A DNA stretch of 64,000 nucleotides from Tubulanus polymorphus (Eukaryota > Animalia > Nemertea): assembly GCF_964204645.1 (NCBI RefSeq), contig NC_134028.1:6882001-6946000 (forward strand). Direction: 5' to 3'. Below, piece by piece: positions 12,766 to 25,086 of this stretch. The notes beneath the pieces are model-generated. The model did not search any database. It was not told the origin of the DNA and saw nothing but the letters and a program-made list of their open reading frames with translations. Position numbers and translations under genes: made by a program. How positions within the stretch are numbered: position 1 is the first letter of the stretch; the number at the start of each line of letters is the position of its first letter.

Positions 12766-13512
12766 TTCTCCACCCGGTATCAAAAATTCTTGTATTAAAT
12801 TGTTTTTTGTTTTTGAAATAAATCACAATCAAACCGATTTTTTTTGCTTCCAATAATGTAAAAAATAAATTATCATCACAAATTATTACCTTAAATGATT
12901 GTAAACAAGTATTCAAGACATCTGATCTAATTTTTGTATAGTTGTATGTAAACATAAATTCTTATATGAATTCATAAAAACAGCGTGGTTTGTTCTTTGT
13001 TTTTAAATAAACTGTGCCGAAAGCGCTACGATCTGTTCGAATCGGCTATCTCTCATCGGTTCAGTCAGCAAGATTTTCACTTTAGCGAATCGACCTGTCA
13101 CCTGAGGTCCCACCTGTCATGTCAGGTCTTGGGCCCTGACATGACAGGTTCTGGAAACTCTGCAGACAGACCTAAATGAATTACTTCCTGGTTTTCAGCG
13201 CCGCCGTGGGAAATTAATATGGCGAAAGTTGAGAAAACTGGAACATAGCTAAACGCTAAAACACGTATAATTTCGTTTTAGATATGTTTCGGTTCGAATC
13301 CCAAAAACTTAATACCTTAAAACGTGACATTAGTCCGGGTGCCGTTCCGTATTCATTCAACACGCGCGCTCAACCGCGAAGCTATTTTTAGCGCAACAAT
13401 CAATGGGGCTCGCCGTCGCTATGGACACCAGGTGGCGTGTGTGCGTTAGTAGCCATCGCGTATCGACTTCCGCTCACTTCCGCGCTCGATTTCCTACTTT
13501 TAAATTGTAATA

Positions 13513-15800
13513 ATGTCAGAGAATTACGGGTCATGGACTGTACCGAAGCTGAAACAAGAGTTAAGCCGACGAGGTGCGGTAACCTATGGGAGGAAAATCA
13601 ACCTAATTGAAAGGTAATTTAAATGTCGATCATATTTCCATGCGGTTGATGGTGTTCAGTCGTTTAGTCTGCGCAAAAATGTTGCAATGATCATGGAATC
13701 AACAGTGATTTTTTGCCAAAATCATCGATGATTCTAGACCTATGCTCAAGTGAAATGAACGTGTTTTAATAGATCCAGAGATGAAAGCTAAACCTCAGTG
13801 GGTTGTGGGTCAGGGTATAGTACAAGTTTACCGTCACCAGCCCGGGCTGCGAGGATGGCTATGGCCGGTCCCACGCGTCCCGTCCCGCGATATCTTTCAT
13901 TATTTTTCGGTTTTCATGTCCGGAAAATAAACATAATGCACATAAAAGTCATCGATAAAACGTTTTTTAAATCACTATTTGATATTATGATTGCCTTGAG
14001 AAGTTTAGATGGCAATGTTTATATCTTGAAATGTAGGGATTATTATCGGGATGTAGGACGCCTTGTCAGCTAACCATCGCAACAGCTGAGTTACCACTGG
14101 CGCCATCTATCGAACATGAATTGAAGCTGATGCCAAATTTTACTGCCAATGTATCCATAAATCATTGGACATGTCTGCTGCTGTGTCTAGTCTCTATTGA
14201 ATTTTTATATGTTATTGGAATTATAGTCAGAACCCTGATCAACTTGAGGTGACGGTAAACTGAATACCTTACTTATATACCTTCTTACCACAACACAGTT
14301 GAGTTAAATACAAATCTGTATGACCATGGACGTATAGACGTCCATGCTTGGAGTAATCATTTCGATGTAACATTTCAACTCTGGGTCAACTTTCTGTTAG
14401 TTGATTGAATGATTTTTGACATTAGATGTTTATATTTCATGATTATTTCGTGTTCATTGCAGATTAGAAGCATACGGCCGTAACAACGATTTTAGGGGAC
14501 CGGCCATAACATTACCACAAGAAACAGTTCCGGAATGGCCCACATGCGGTTTCAAACAGCTTACAAATGATCATAAGATTGTATTGCCAAAATTCAATAT
14601 TGACACAGTAACTGCATATTTCACGTATAGAATGGCAATGGACAACCACTGTACCAAAGACATTAAAGCTATTGAGAAGGGTCAGCAGCTCATAGAATCG
14701 CAACGTGTTCAAGCCTGCAGTATTCTCATCAAAAGCGGAATTGTTTATCTGACTGGATTAGTTGGTGCTGCTATGAAAAAAAAGGTAGGCCAGTTTTATA
14801 TTTCATCAAAATAACACAATATTCCCTCCTTTAAATCCACATAAATCTGCAATACAACTGTATTCTTAAAAGGTTGTAATGTAGCAAACATTGTTGATTA
14901 GTTTATTTTTATATTTCATTGCAGATCTCATACTCGTACCAGATATCATTGTCTCAAACAACTGGTGAATTCAGAAACAGCCATTGTGAGTGCCCTGCCG
15001 GTAAGGGTCCTAATGGGACCTGTAAGCATGTCGCGGCTGTACTTTTGATGTTTGCTAATTTTGTGTCATCAGATGGGCCTAACGCTCCCGAAATACTTAA
15101 ATCGTGTACGGAAAATCTACAAACATTCCATAAGCCCAAGTCTGTTTATACTGGTAAGTTGTTTGGTTACATCGCCACCATTCAGCAAATTCGTACCCTA
15201 TATATCTTATTTTTTATAAATTCTGATGTAATGGCAATGTTTTACATAATGTACTTGGTTTTCAATTTTTAGCTCGGCTGTGACCTTGTTTAAATTTACC
15301 CGTCACTTCTTAACAGGTTCCCCTGTCAAGGCTGGTGACTTACCTCTATCAAAATCAAAGAAACGCGAGGTATCAATGGAGGATCCAAGGCCTGTGAAAT
15401 ACCGGAAATCAGCTGGATACGAGGATTATGTCCGGGGAATTGTCCTTAATTACTGCTCTGTATCGTCTTTAGACCTACCCATCAAGTATAAGTACAAGAA
15501 AGCCGATATCAAAACAGCAGCAATTGACCATGATTATCTGAAAAAAACTTTGCTTGAATATTGGGTGGAAAACTCTATTAAGGTAAGTTTTTAATCAACG
15601 TGTCTGAGAGTGACCTATGTTATCCTTCCCTCTGTGCTTATAATTAATATTCCATTTTGCCTTTTCAGTTAAATGAAACACAGGCAATATTACTAGAAAG
15701 GAGTACTAGGAAGCAGGCAGAATCTAGTCAATGGTTTCAGGAAAGGCAGCTACGATTAACTGCATCTCGTTTCGGTGAAATTGTTTCTTCATACAACTAA
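13513..15800 (+). pseudogene. SAP-SWIM-YqaJ (lambda-exonuclease-like) accessory gene, truncated in the nuclease domain
   Basis: Exon 13513-13613 SAP (WTVPKLKQELSRRGAVTYGRKINLIER); 14463-14784; ~14925-15153 SWIM (CECPAGKGPNGTCKHVAAVL); ~15318-15582; from ~15669 the YqaJ start (TRKQAESSQWFQERQLRLTASRFGEI), followed by a stop and AT-rich DNA. Confidence 0.8.
13825..14261. mobile_element. Small TIR insertion in intron 1 of the SAP-SWIM gene
   Basis: agtttaccgtcacc ... ggtgacggtaaact 14-bp inverted repeat; TSD not clear. Confidence 0.45.
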
Positions 15801-16508
15801 ATTTGTAAATACATGTACATCCCAATTGTATGATATAGATTTCATGTCAATATCGGCTTACTATTTGTTGATACTTTTAAGTTTTAATATTTTTTATCAT
15901 CTATTATCAATATTTTTTATCATATATAGTTATTTCAAACAGATATACTTGTCAGGTTGTGTAGTTATATGCATAATTACTGACGATGGTGGGTCAAAAG
16001 TTTGAAAATTAATGATTTACTCCTTTTCTGACCATATTTCATTACCATGATTATTTATTATTTCATTATGTGCTGCGCCTGACTATGGCATGAATGCTTT
16101 AGTCCCAAAACTCAAACTCTTCCATTTTACATAAAATATCTGTGTTATCATGCATTTTAAAAAGATTTTATGTAGCGTTGTTGTATTTTTGGTTTTTACC
16201 AGTTTTAAATCAATAAAAGGGTTTGTTACTGGAATGAAAATTAGTTTGTCCTTTGAATTGAAAACACTGCAAAAGAGTGGATTAAGTCAAAGTGAAATAG
16301 GTTATATTGCGCACAGATTTTGAATATCAACGACAGACAATTAATTACAGTCCAGGCCCATAATTGATATCTAAGAATTTGGGATTTACCTAAATAATCT
16401 ATTAAGAGAAACAATGATGTTTCTTTAAAGCAGGGGTTTCGATGAATCTCAAAACAAAACTCAAAAATATATACTTTAGATATCAATTAACAGACATTAA
16501 CAATAAGG

Positions 16509-18211
16509 TTAAGCAAATTCGTTCACAATAGCTGGTCTGAAATTGCTTATACTGAAACAAACATAAACTATCCTAGAACCCATATTGACTTTACTAAGCG
16601 GCAGGTCTTTTTTCAAAATAAGAAAAGTTTTTGACAATCCGATTACTCTTTCTACTTGGATGCGTTTACTGGCTACTCTACGATCATGAACTACTTGTTC
16701 AGGTTCAAGTTGACTCTTGCCCTTCAATAAAGTTGGGGTGTTCACCTTAATGTTCTTGGTAGCAAAAAGATCTTGTACCATTATACCTCTATCGGCCATG
16801 ATGCTGTCATTCGAGCTGAAGTATTTTGAGGTGTTTGAACACAGCTGGGATCGTTCAATGATTTGTCGGTCACTTGTTGAACCCGCATAACTTTCACTTA
16901 CATAACTAACGACCCCTCTCGGTGATATTCCAACCATAGTTTTAAGCGTGTTCTTATGTTTGTATGTGCTGAAAGTTGCAGTTTGAGATTTTACATTCGA
17001 CGGCTTTTCAATTGGAATCTCTGTAGCATCTAAAATAACTCTGGTTGACGGAAAATGATGCTTAAAGCCACTGGGCATGAAACAGTCTATCTCTTCTCTC
17101 TCTGGCCATGTATTGATTTCACTTAATTGGAAATACATGAAGTTTACCCAGGTTAACACAATCCTAGAAACTACACTCTCTGATATGCCGAACAGAATAC
17201 TCAGTTCTATATCTTCCTTGGCACGCCTTAATTTGATTAATGTCAAGAAAAATTGATTGACCGGTGTTAGTTTCTGACATTTGTAATTCAAATCGTACGC
17301 AGCAGGTCCTAGTACACTGAAAAACATCATCAAATGTTCATAGTCTTTAAAACTGGTGTAATATTTGATCGACCTAGGATCCACCATAAATCTCTCGATA
17401 CAGAAAAATTGATCTGAAAGGAGGGAACACTGAATATTCTTATCCAAGTTAGTGTTTTTATTGGTTGGTTCCTCTATTATGTCCATTCTGTAATTGCTGG
17501 TATGTTGTAGGCCTATTTCAACTTCAGTGGCTATGTCATGGTGTACAGGTTCTTCCTCCAGTTTTAATCTTCGCCGACTGGCTCTACTTTCTCTCTCTGA
17601 ATCTGAGGAAACTGGTGGTGTGAAGGCAAATATACGCGGAATGGCATTCTCTTTTAATTTTCTTCTAGAACCTGAAACACATAAAGAAAAAAACATATTT
17701 CTACTCAAAGATCAACAGCTGCCAGTCAAGTCAACAACCTTTAAATTAAAAAGATAAATCTACCACATAAATTATTAGGCCTATTGTTGTTATTATCATA
17801 ATTGAGTTATATCATTATCCTGTTATCAACAAACTACTATGATGATATGAAAATAAGCGCCTGGCTTTTTAAAAAAAGTTCAAAACATCGACATTGCATA
17901 ATATCGATAGGCCCAAGCTGAGGCCTAAACGAATCAGCCTGCCTTGGATCTTGACCGCTTATTTCACCTTAGTTGGAAAACTCAATAGGAAAGCCATATT
18001 TACCGGTAAGTGTCTGTTTATAGTCCGTTGGTAAAAAATGTCGATGGCATACGATAGCTGTATCCGATGGCTGCCATAATTTTGCAGATTTCTCGCTACT
18101 CTGTAGTCGTTTTATCGCAACAAGCCATTTCATTTTCAAATCTGTGTTCGTAGGGAACTTAAATCCGCCTACTCTTGACTTACAAAGGGGTACACAACAA
18201 TAGCGAGGCAT
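16509..18211 (-). CDS. THAP + DDE_Tnp_4 (HARBI1-like) transposase, 2 exons (18211-18004, 17671-16509), ~456 aa
   Basis: THAP CCVPLC...FP...W...VCHRHF...AIPRIF is completed across the intron; DDE motifs ILDATE, TFSTYKHKNT, GSTSDRQI, IMADRG, RIQVERVIG; frame uninterrupted. Confidence 0.92.
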
Positions 18212-18425
18212 TATAATAGATTCAAGCGCTTTTCAAATCGTCAATTCGCTCGAACGCGGAGATGAATAAAATGTTGTTTACAATTCAAATTCAAATCACT
18301 AGGGCCACTAACACGCGCGCGCCATCTCGCGGCAGCGCTCAGCGCGGCGAGCCCCATTTAACCCGAGACGCGCTACGTCATAACGTTCGACATGGTCGCA
18401 TTTGCCTTTACTCGTACCGTCGTGA

Positions 18426-18724
18426 AGTCGTTTTATCGCTCAATAAAACGAGAAAAAGTGGTTTTATCGAGCAATAAAACAAATATTACCACGGTAAAAC
18501 GAGAAATTACCGCGTTAAAACAAGAAAAACTCGTTTTATCACGCGATATAACGAGGAAATTAACGCAATGGAATGATTTCTTTATTCGTTTTACATCATG
18601 ATAAAACGAAAGAACAAATTCCGTTTTCTCTATTTTCCGTTTTAACGCAGAAATAACACGAAAAATGTCGTTTTATCGCGCGATAAAACAAGTTTTTTTC
18701 GTTTTATCGCGCAATAAAACGACT
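18426..18724. repeat. Palindromic MITE-like repeat (gttttatcgcgcgataaaac motifs)
   Basis: aagtcgttttatcg...ataaaacgactt inverted ends; a partial second copy lies at ~25135-25310. Confidence 0.6.
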
Positions 18725-19353
18725 TTGCATCTTATCTTCAAGCCTATTTTGTCAGTTGAAAACAAAAGTTGTTAAGGCAATATATTCTTCTCACTCTTTC
18801 GCTATAGTTTTGCTATACATACTTTTACTGTGGTTTTGCTACCTGTGCCCTCCACCGGGTACGGGACATCTTCAGTTGGTGAAGGGCCTGTACTTGAACA
18901 CCCGTGAAAGAGTATCACATTGGTACGTCATATCTAAGTTCCCAAGATCTCCCTTGCTGTACGGGAGATCACGTATAATAGTTTTACAGTATAAAAAAAT
19001 GAACTGGAATGTTTTTCCAATAATTCACTTCGATTTAACAAAAGAGACCATAAAATGTAAATTCAACCGACCACCCAAATCAAGTCAAGTCAAATCTTCC
19101 AATCACATGTGAAATAATCAACTCAAACTTAACCACGATAAAACCCGTCCCTGGACGGGTTCTTTGCTAGTTTACAGAAACAAGTCAATAATATATTCAT
19201 GATCTGCCGAACTTTTTCGGTTTATTTCGAATTCCAATCACTCCATCAGGATAAATTCGTTCTCATCAAATATGATAAGGCATTAAAAACAATTTAATCG
19301 TATTTTGATACTGAGACATCAAAATGCTTTTCTGTGACATCAGTTTTTCTTTT

Positions 19354-20379
19354 TTATTTTAAATTGCCTTCACGACGTTGGGGCCATTTTTCCGCTACAC
19401 AACACGCCATTTCGGAAAGTTTTTCTCTGAAATTCTTAATAAATATGACATATATAAAAAAGTTAATACATGAATTTAGCAAAGTAGTCATAGCCCCTGC
19501 AATAAATACTTCTGTCCAATATATTCCTTTTATGAAGAATCTGGCTGTTACCATGAATACTTGAGGAAATTCTAAGATTAAAAATGCTGTACAAACATAA
19601 ATGACGATCAAGGTCGCTTTCGTTTGGGAGTTAGATTTCGTGTTTCCACCAGGCGGCGCTGTCGACGACGGGTTCAGCAATGAGCGCCGGCGTCCCCTAT
19701 TAACAGCGAGCCAAATTAACAAGATTGTATTTGATATCGCGGTCAGGACTACGGGTACTAGGGTGAAAGCATAACGTCTTGGGAGTCCCGGAATTCTACT
19801 TTTCGATGTGCTTTTGTCCAGACTGATGCACCCCGTGGTAATGTATACCGGTATGCTGTACCACCATTCAAAAATAACGTACAGCATAAATACAAAACTC
19901 ATCGATGCACAAAATACAGTTAAACGGCGTGCTGTGATTACAATTGGAGCTTTTAACGGGAAAACTATGATAAAAAGGCGCTCGAATTGAATCAAAACAG
20001 TTACCCAATTACGAGTGGCTTGAAGCGTGACGTTTGGTATCGTTAAAGCGCGCTGTATGCGTGGAAAAATCCTACCATTAGGTTGACCAAACACGTAACG
20101 TCCATAGATGATGTGAAATACAATGAATCTCAGTGGTTCTCTGAACAGCTTGTTTACCAAGAATCCTATCTCGACGATAGCCAGGATCCATAGCGCGTAA
20201 ACGGAGCGGTGCGCCCTACGCAGACGGCCCAATATAACTGTAGTTATCGCGTTCAGAATTATACCGATAACGCAAAGCGGACACATACCGTAAACCTTGA
20301 CATAATAACGAACGTAATGTATCGGTATCAACTTCGGTTCTGGACACGACCTAACTATCAGTGAAGTATTGCTCGCCAT
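19354..20379 (-). CDS. Intronless rhodopsin-class GPCR (FMRFamide-receptor/Srw-like), copy 1, 341 aa
   Basis: Seven hydrophobic segments; TM1 GIILN, TM2 LAIVE, TM3 FERL..I.FPL, TM6 EFP, TM7 LNSCINFFIY, helix 8 FREKL. Confidence 0.9.
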   Translation of the reverse strand: MASNTSLIVRSCPEPKLIPIHYVRYYVKVYGMCPLCVIGIILNAITTVILGRLRRAHRSVYALWILAIVEIGFLVNKLFREPLRFIVFHIIYGRYVFGQPNGRIFPRIQRALTIPNVTLQATRNWVTVLIQFERLFIIVFPLKAPIVITARRLTVFCASMSFVFMLYVIFEWWYSIPVYITTGCISLDKSTSKSRIPGLPRRYAFTLVPVVLTAISNTILLIWLAVNRGRRRSLLNPSSTAPPGGNTKSNSQTKATLIVIYVCTAFLILEFPQVFMVTARFFIKGIYWTEVFIAGAMTTLLNSCINFFIYVIFIKNFREKLSEMACCVAEKWPQRREGNLK

Positions 20380-21644
20380 CTTGTATCGATCGAATCCCTT
20401 CTAGTTCTGCGTCTAATGTTGCTGCATCCTTTCGAACCGGCGTCTATTGAACGTTTAAACATGAAATTAATCCAACACACAACGAGTCTCTCTACAATTC
20501 GGGAAGATCAAATTTGTTTCAATGACAGACTGAATTAAGCAGATGCGGCTTTAGTAAATTTTCACAACATTGACGCCTAATATAATATATAATTGCTACG
20601 TAGCTGAAGGAAGATAATCTTATAATTTGCTGTTTCTACTGAAAAGATTGAATTCTGTGAGTTTTGGGTCGATGTGAATTTCAAAATTTTTAACTTACAT
20701 ATAGAATGAAGCAAATCTTGTACATTTCTGCTGGCGCCCCGAGAGAGGGAGAAAGACGAAAGAAAAACACCCCTAAACAGCCCATCCATAGGGCGAGGGC
20801 CAGGATTTTTGGAAGGTGGGGCCCAGACTGGCATACAAGTAATCGCAGATGGCACACTCGTAATCACGAAGGGCACCCCAACGAGGCGAAAGCCGAAGGT
20901 ACGAAGCCATCAAAGGGGGGTCTGGGGAATTTCAAGACTTTTCTGTTCTCCATTTGAAGGCTGTCATGAGGAAATAATTCTTTTTTTTTTATAAAACGAG
21001 GCGAGCACCGAAGGTGAACGCAATAGCCTGCTTGGACGTAACGGCGCCTTAAATGGGCTAGAATGCACTGTCAGAAAAAATCAAAATAAATCTAGATTGA
21101 AAATGAGTGAAACTAGATTATCTGGAGCACCCCTTCAAAAGTGTATCTTCAGTATAAGAAGCGAAAGTGAAACTAGATTACCCGGAGCACTCCCAAAAAC
21201 TATCTTATATATATAGACCCATTCAGAAAATGTTAGTGAGTGTTCAATTCTTTTCAGAGTCACAACCACTCACATAGGTTATAAATCTGATATCCGCGTT
21301 GAATTACAATTTTACTTCACCTCCGTAAGCGAAATCGAAGCTCAGTCGCGCAACACAACGGGTCGTGCGATGAAAATTGCTGGTAGCACCGTAGTCAAGA
21401 TACAGAGCAAGCGAAATCTAAAAACAAAACGCACACCGTCACATGTTTATCATAAATCACTTATTTAGTCAGATAAAATCCTCGGTATAGAGTTCAAATA
21501 ATCAAGAATCCATAGAAGAAGAAACAGTTCCTTTTTTATCCGATCATGTTGAAATCAATACGTTGAATGTTTTCGGGTTAACATGACCCCTTCTCAAGAC
21601 AAGTCAAAAATTATGCAAAACTACATACATTGTATCAGGATATA

Positions 21645-21822
21645 CAGTGGAACCTCGTTATAGCGAACTCGAATACAACGATTGATTGTATATGAATAAT
21701 ATAGAATTTTGTCCCGAGGAAGGAAATCTATTAATTAATTTCATATTGGATGTAACAAATTATCAGTTTATAACGAACATATTTTCTGGTCCAGTGAAGT
21801 TCGCTGAAACAAGGTTCCACTG
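21645..21822. mobile_element. Tc1/pogo-type MITE (second copy 28315-28492)
   Basis: TA|CAGTGGAACCT...AGGTTCCACTG|TA. Confidence 0.75.
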
Positions 21823-22360
21823 TATAAGTTTACAGAAACGGAACGGGTCAATAGATATGGCCGCCCTGAATCAGGGGTAGTCATTTTCAACTGTATTCTG
21901 TATTTTAGAAGGGCACTTCTTCAATGCGGGGCAACGACTACTTACTGGCCAATTTAACATATATGCCCGTGGTATTGTTAACTTAATACAGCATAAGACA
22001 GGTTGACTCAAAATGGCACTTTCAGGGGAGGGGAATTGGCACTTTTTCTCTGTATTCCGGAATGCATGCTACCTTTCGTGTTAGACTCCCCATGCGACAC
22101 AGCTTCGATAAGCCCGTGCTTGTATGAAATACAGAATTTAGTATCGATGGACTCAATTGAAACGGTTTTTACGGCGTCAAAAAACCAGTGAACGGCGCCG
22201 ATTGATGATTTGGCGAAATTATTCGGTTTATCTCGAATTCTAATCACTCCATCAGAATAAATTCTTTCTTATCAAATACGATAAGATTTTGAAAAAAATT
22301 TAAATCTTATTTAAATATTAAGATATCAAAATGCTTTTCTGTGACTTCAGTTGTTCTTTT

Positions 22361-23386
22361 TTATTTTAAATTAACTTCACGACGTTGGGGCCATTTTTCC
22401 GCCACACAACACGCCATTTCGGAAAGTTTTTCTCTGAAATTCTTAATAAATATGACATATATAAAAAAGTTAATACATGAATTTAGCAAAGTAGTCATAG
22501 CCCCTGCAATAAATACTTCTGTCCAATATATTCCTTTTATGAAGAATCTGGCTGTTACCATGAATATTTGAGGAAATTCTAAGATTAAAAATGCTGTACA
22601 AACATAAATGACGATCAAGGTCGCTTTCGTTTGGGAGTTAGATTTCGTGTTGCCACCAGGCGGCGCTGTCGACGACGGGTTCAGCAATGAGCGCCGGCGC
22701 CCCCTATTAACAGCGAGCCAAATCAATAAGATTGTATTTGATATCGCAGTCAGGACTACGGGTACTAGGGTGAAAGCATAACGTCTTGGGAGTCCCGGAA
22801 TTCTACTTTTCGATGTGCTTTTGTCCAGACTGATGCACCCCGTGGTAATGTATATCGGTATGCTGTACCACCATTCAAAAATAACGTACAGCATAAATAC
22901 AAAACTCATCGATGCACAAAATACAGTTAAACGGCGTGGTGTGATTACAATTGGAGCTTTTAACGGGAAAACTATGATAAAAAGGCGCTCGAATTGAATC
23001 AAAACAGTTACCCAATTACGAGTGGCTTGAAGCGTGTCGTTTGGTATCGTTAAAGCGCGCTGTATGCGTGGAAAAATCCTACAATTAGGTTGACCAAACA
23101 CGTAACGTCCATAGATGATGTGAAATACAATGAATCTCAGTGGTACTCTGAACAGCTTGTTTACCAAGAACCCTGTCTCGACGATAGCCAGGATCCATAG
23201 CGCGAAAACGGAGCGGTGCGCCCTACGCAGACGGCCCAATATTACTGTAGTTATCGCGTTCAGAATTATACCGATAACGCAAAGCGGACCCATACCGTAA
23301 ACATTGACATAGTAACGAACGTAATGTATCGGTATCAACTTCGGTTCTGGACACGACCTAACTGTCAGTGAGGTATTGCTCGCCAT
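22361..23386 (-). CDS. Intronless rhodopsin-class GPCR, copy 2, 341 aa
   Basis: Near-identical to copy 1 (about 12 amino-acid differences by eye). Confidence 0.9.
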   Translation of the reverse strand: MASNTSLTVRSCPEPKLIPIHYVRYYVNVYGMGPLCVIGIILNAITTVILGRLRRAHRSVFALWILAIVETGFLVNKLFRVPLRFIVFHIIYGRYVFGQPNCRIFPRIQRALTIPNDTLQATRNWVTVLIQFERLFIIVFPLKAPIVITPRRLTVFCASMSFVFMLYVIFEWWYSIPIYITTGCISLDKSTSKSRIPGLPRRYAFTLVPVVLTAISNTILLIWLAVNRGRRRSLLNPSSTAPPGGNTKSNSQTKATLIVIYVCTAFLILEFPQIFMVTARFFIKGIYWTEVFIAGAMTTLLNSCINFFIYVIFIKNFREKLSEMACCVAEKWPQRREVNLK

Positions 23387-24441
23387 CTTGTATCGGTCGA
23401 GTCCCTTCTAGTTCTGCGTCAAATGTTGCTGCATCTTTTCAAACCGGCGTCTATTGAACGTTTAAACATGAAATTAATCCAACACACAACGTCTCTATGA
23501 TTCGCTAGATCGGATCAAATTTGTTTCAATGGTAAATTGGATTAAGCGAATGCGGCTATAGTATATTTTCACAATTGACGCCTAATATACGTAGTTGCTA
23601 CGTAGCTGAATGAAGATGATCTTGTAAATTGCTGTTTCTACTCAAAAGATAGAATTCTGTGAGTTTTGGGTCGATGTGAATTTCAACATTTTTAACTTAC
23701 ATATAGAAATAAAGGAATGCGGCCGCAATTCACGAATTTTAGTGTAGAATCTTCTGCTACCGCCCCGAGAGAGGGAGAACGACGAAAGAAAAGCACCCCC
23801 TAAAAACCCATCCATAGGGCGGGGCCAGGATGTTTAGAAGGTGGGGACCAGACTGGCGTACGAGGTATCGCGGGGGCGCACACGTAATCACGAAGGGCAC
23901 CCCAACGAGGAGAGCGCCGAAGGGGGGTCTGGGAAATTTCAAAATTTTTGTGTTCTCCATTTGATGATGGCTGTCATGAGGGAATAATTCATATTTCTGT
24001 ATAAAACGAGGTGAGCGCCGAAGGTGAACGCAATAGCCTGCTGGTACATAAGCCTTAAGTGGGCTAGAATGCACCGTTAGAAAATATAAAATGAACCTAG
24101 ATTAGAAATGAGTGAAACTAGATTATCTGGAGCACCCCTTCAAAAGTGTATCTTCAGAATTAAAAGCGAAAGCCGTGAAACTAGATTACCAGGAGCACTC
24201 CCGAAATCTATCTTACAAGAAAATAAAAGTAATACTATACATAGGCCCATTCAGAACTTGTTACTGAATGTTCAATTCCTTTTTTCAAAATCACAACCTC
24301 TCACATAGGTTATAAATCTGAAATCCGTGTTGAAGTACATTTTACTTCACCTCCGTAAACGAAATCGAAGCTCAGTCGCATTCGGAACAACGGCTATAAG
24401 ACTACCTGGTACTCGCTATTTTTATCGCGCTACCCGGTACT

Positions 24442-25086
24442 GGCCTGGCCCTTTGTTTTGGCCTGGCCCTAAATGAAAATAAGATAATTATAAATCATGT
24501 AAATACCGGTGAATAATAATAATAACAATAATAATAATGAACATTGACCTAAATTAAATTCAAACAACTTTATTGAATTAATTTAAGAAATACCGTGAGA
24601 CAACTTCCTTGTTTCTTGGCCTAGCTGAACCAAATTTGGTATCTAGGGACTATAGGGCATGCCCTAGACGGTGCCCCATCAAAATTCAAGATGGCCACTA
24701 TCAAGCCGGAAGTGGTCCATAACTACCTTGTTTTAGGGCTAGGTGAACCAAATACAAAAACAAGGAAGTTATGGACCACTTCCGGTTTGATAGTGGCCAT
24801 CTTGAATTTTTATGGAGCACCTTCTAGGGCATGCCCTATAGTCCCTAGATACCAAATTTGGTTCACCTAGCCCTAAAAACAAGGAAGTTATGGACCACTT
24901 CCGGTTTGATAGTGGCCAGTTATGTCTCACGGTATTTTTTAAATTAATTCAATAAAGTTGTTTGAATTTAATTTAGGTCAAAGTTTATTATAATTATTGT
25001 TATTATTATTATTATTTACCGGTATTTACATGATTTATAATTATCTTATTTTCATTTAGGGCCAGGCCAAAACAAAGGGCCAGGCC
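24442..25086. mobile_element. ~650-bp foldback element
   Basis: ~160-bp inverted arms (24442-24602 and ~24922-25086) enclosing ~121-bp subunits that are themselves inverted. Confidence 0.8.

Larger units (their letters stand above)
6659..13171. mobile_element. 6.5-kb TIR-bounded element, unclassified, no recognisable transposase, carrying an OTU-PHD gene
   Basis: 37-bp perfect terminal inverted repeat GTCTGTCTGCAGAGTTTCCAGAACCTGTCATGTCAGG at both ends; subterminal palindromes; internal tandem arrays; no TSD recognised. Confidence 0.85.
13405..18355. mobile_element. ISL2EU-type (PIF/Harbinger-related) DNA transposon
   Basis: TIR GGGGCTCGCCG...CGGCGAGCCCC with AT target duplication on both sides; convergent THAP-DDE and SAP-SWIM-YqaJ genes match the known ISL2EU architecture. 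Confidence 0.9.

Noticed and set aside
6659-18355. OTU-PHD element and ISL2EU as one composite unit, or ISL2EU as its mobiliser
   Set aside because: Each has its own unrelated TIR pair and they are separated by ~230 bp; adjacency alone is not evidence.
22008-22247. 79-aa ORF between GPCR copies
   Set aside because: No motif recognised, and the paralogous segment at ~28670-28900 appears to carry indels.
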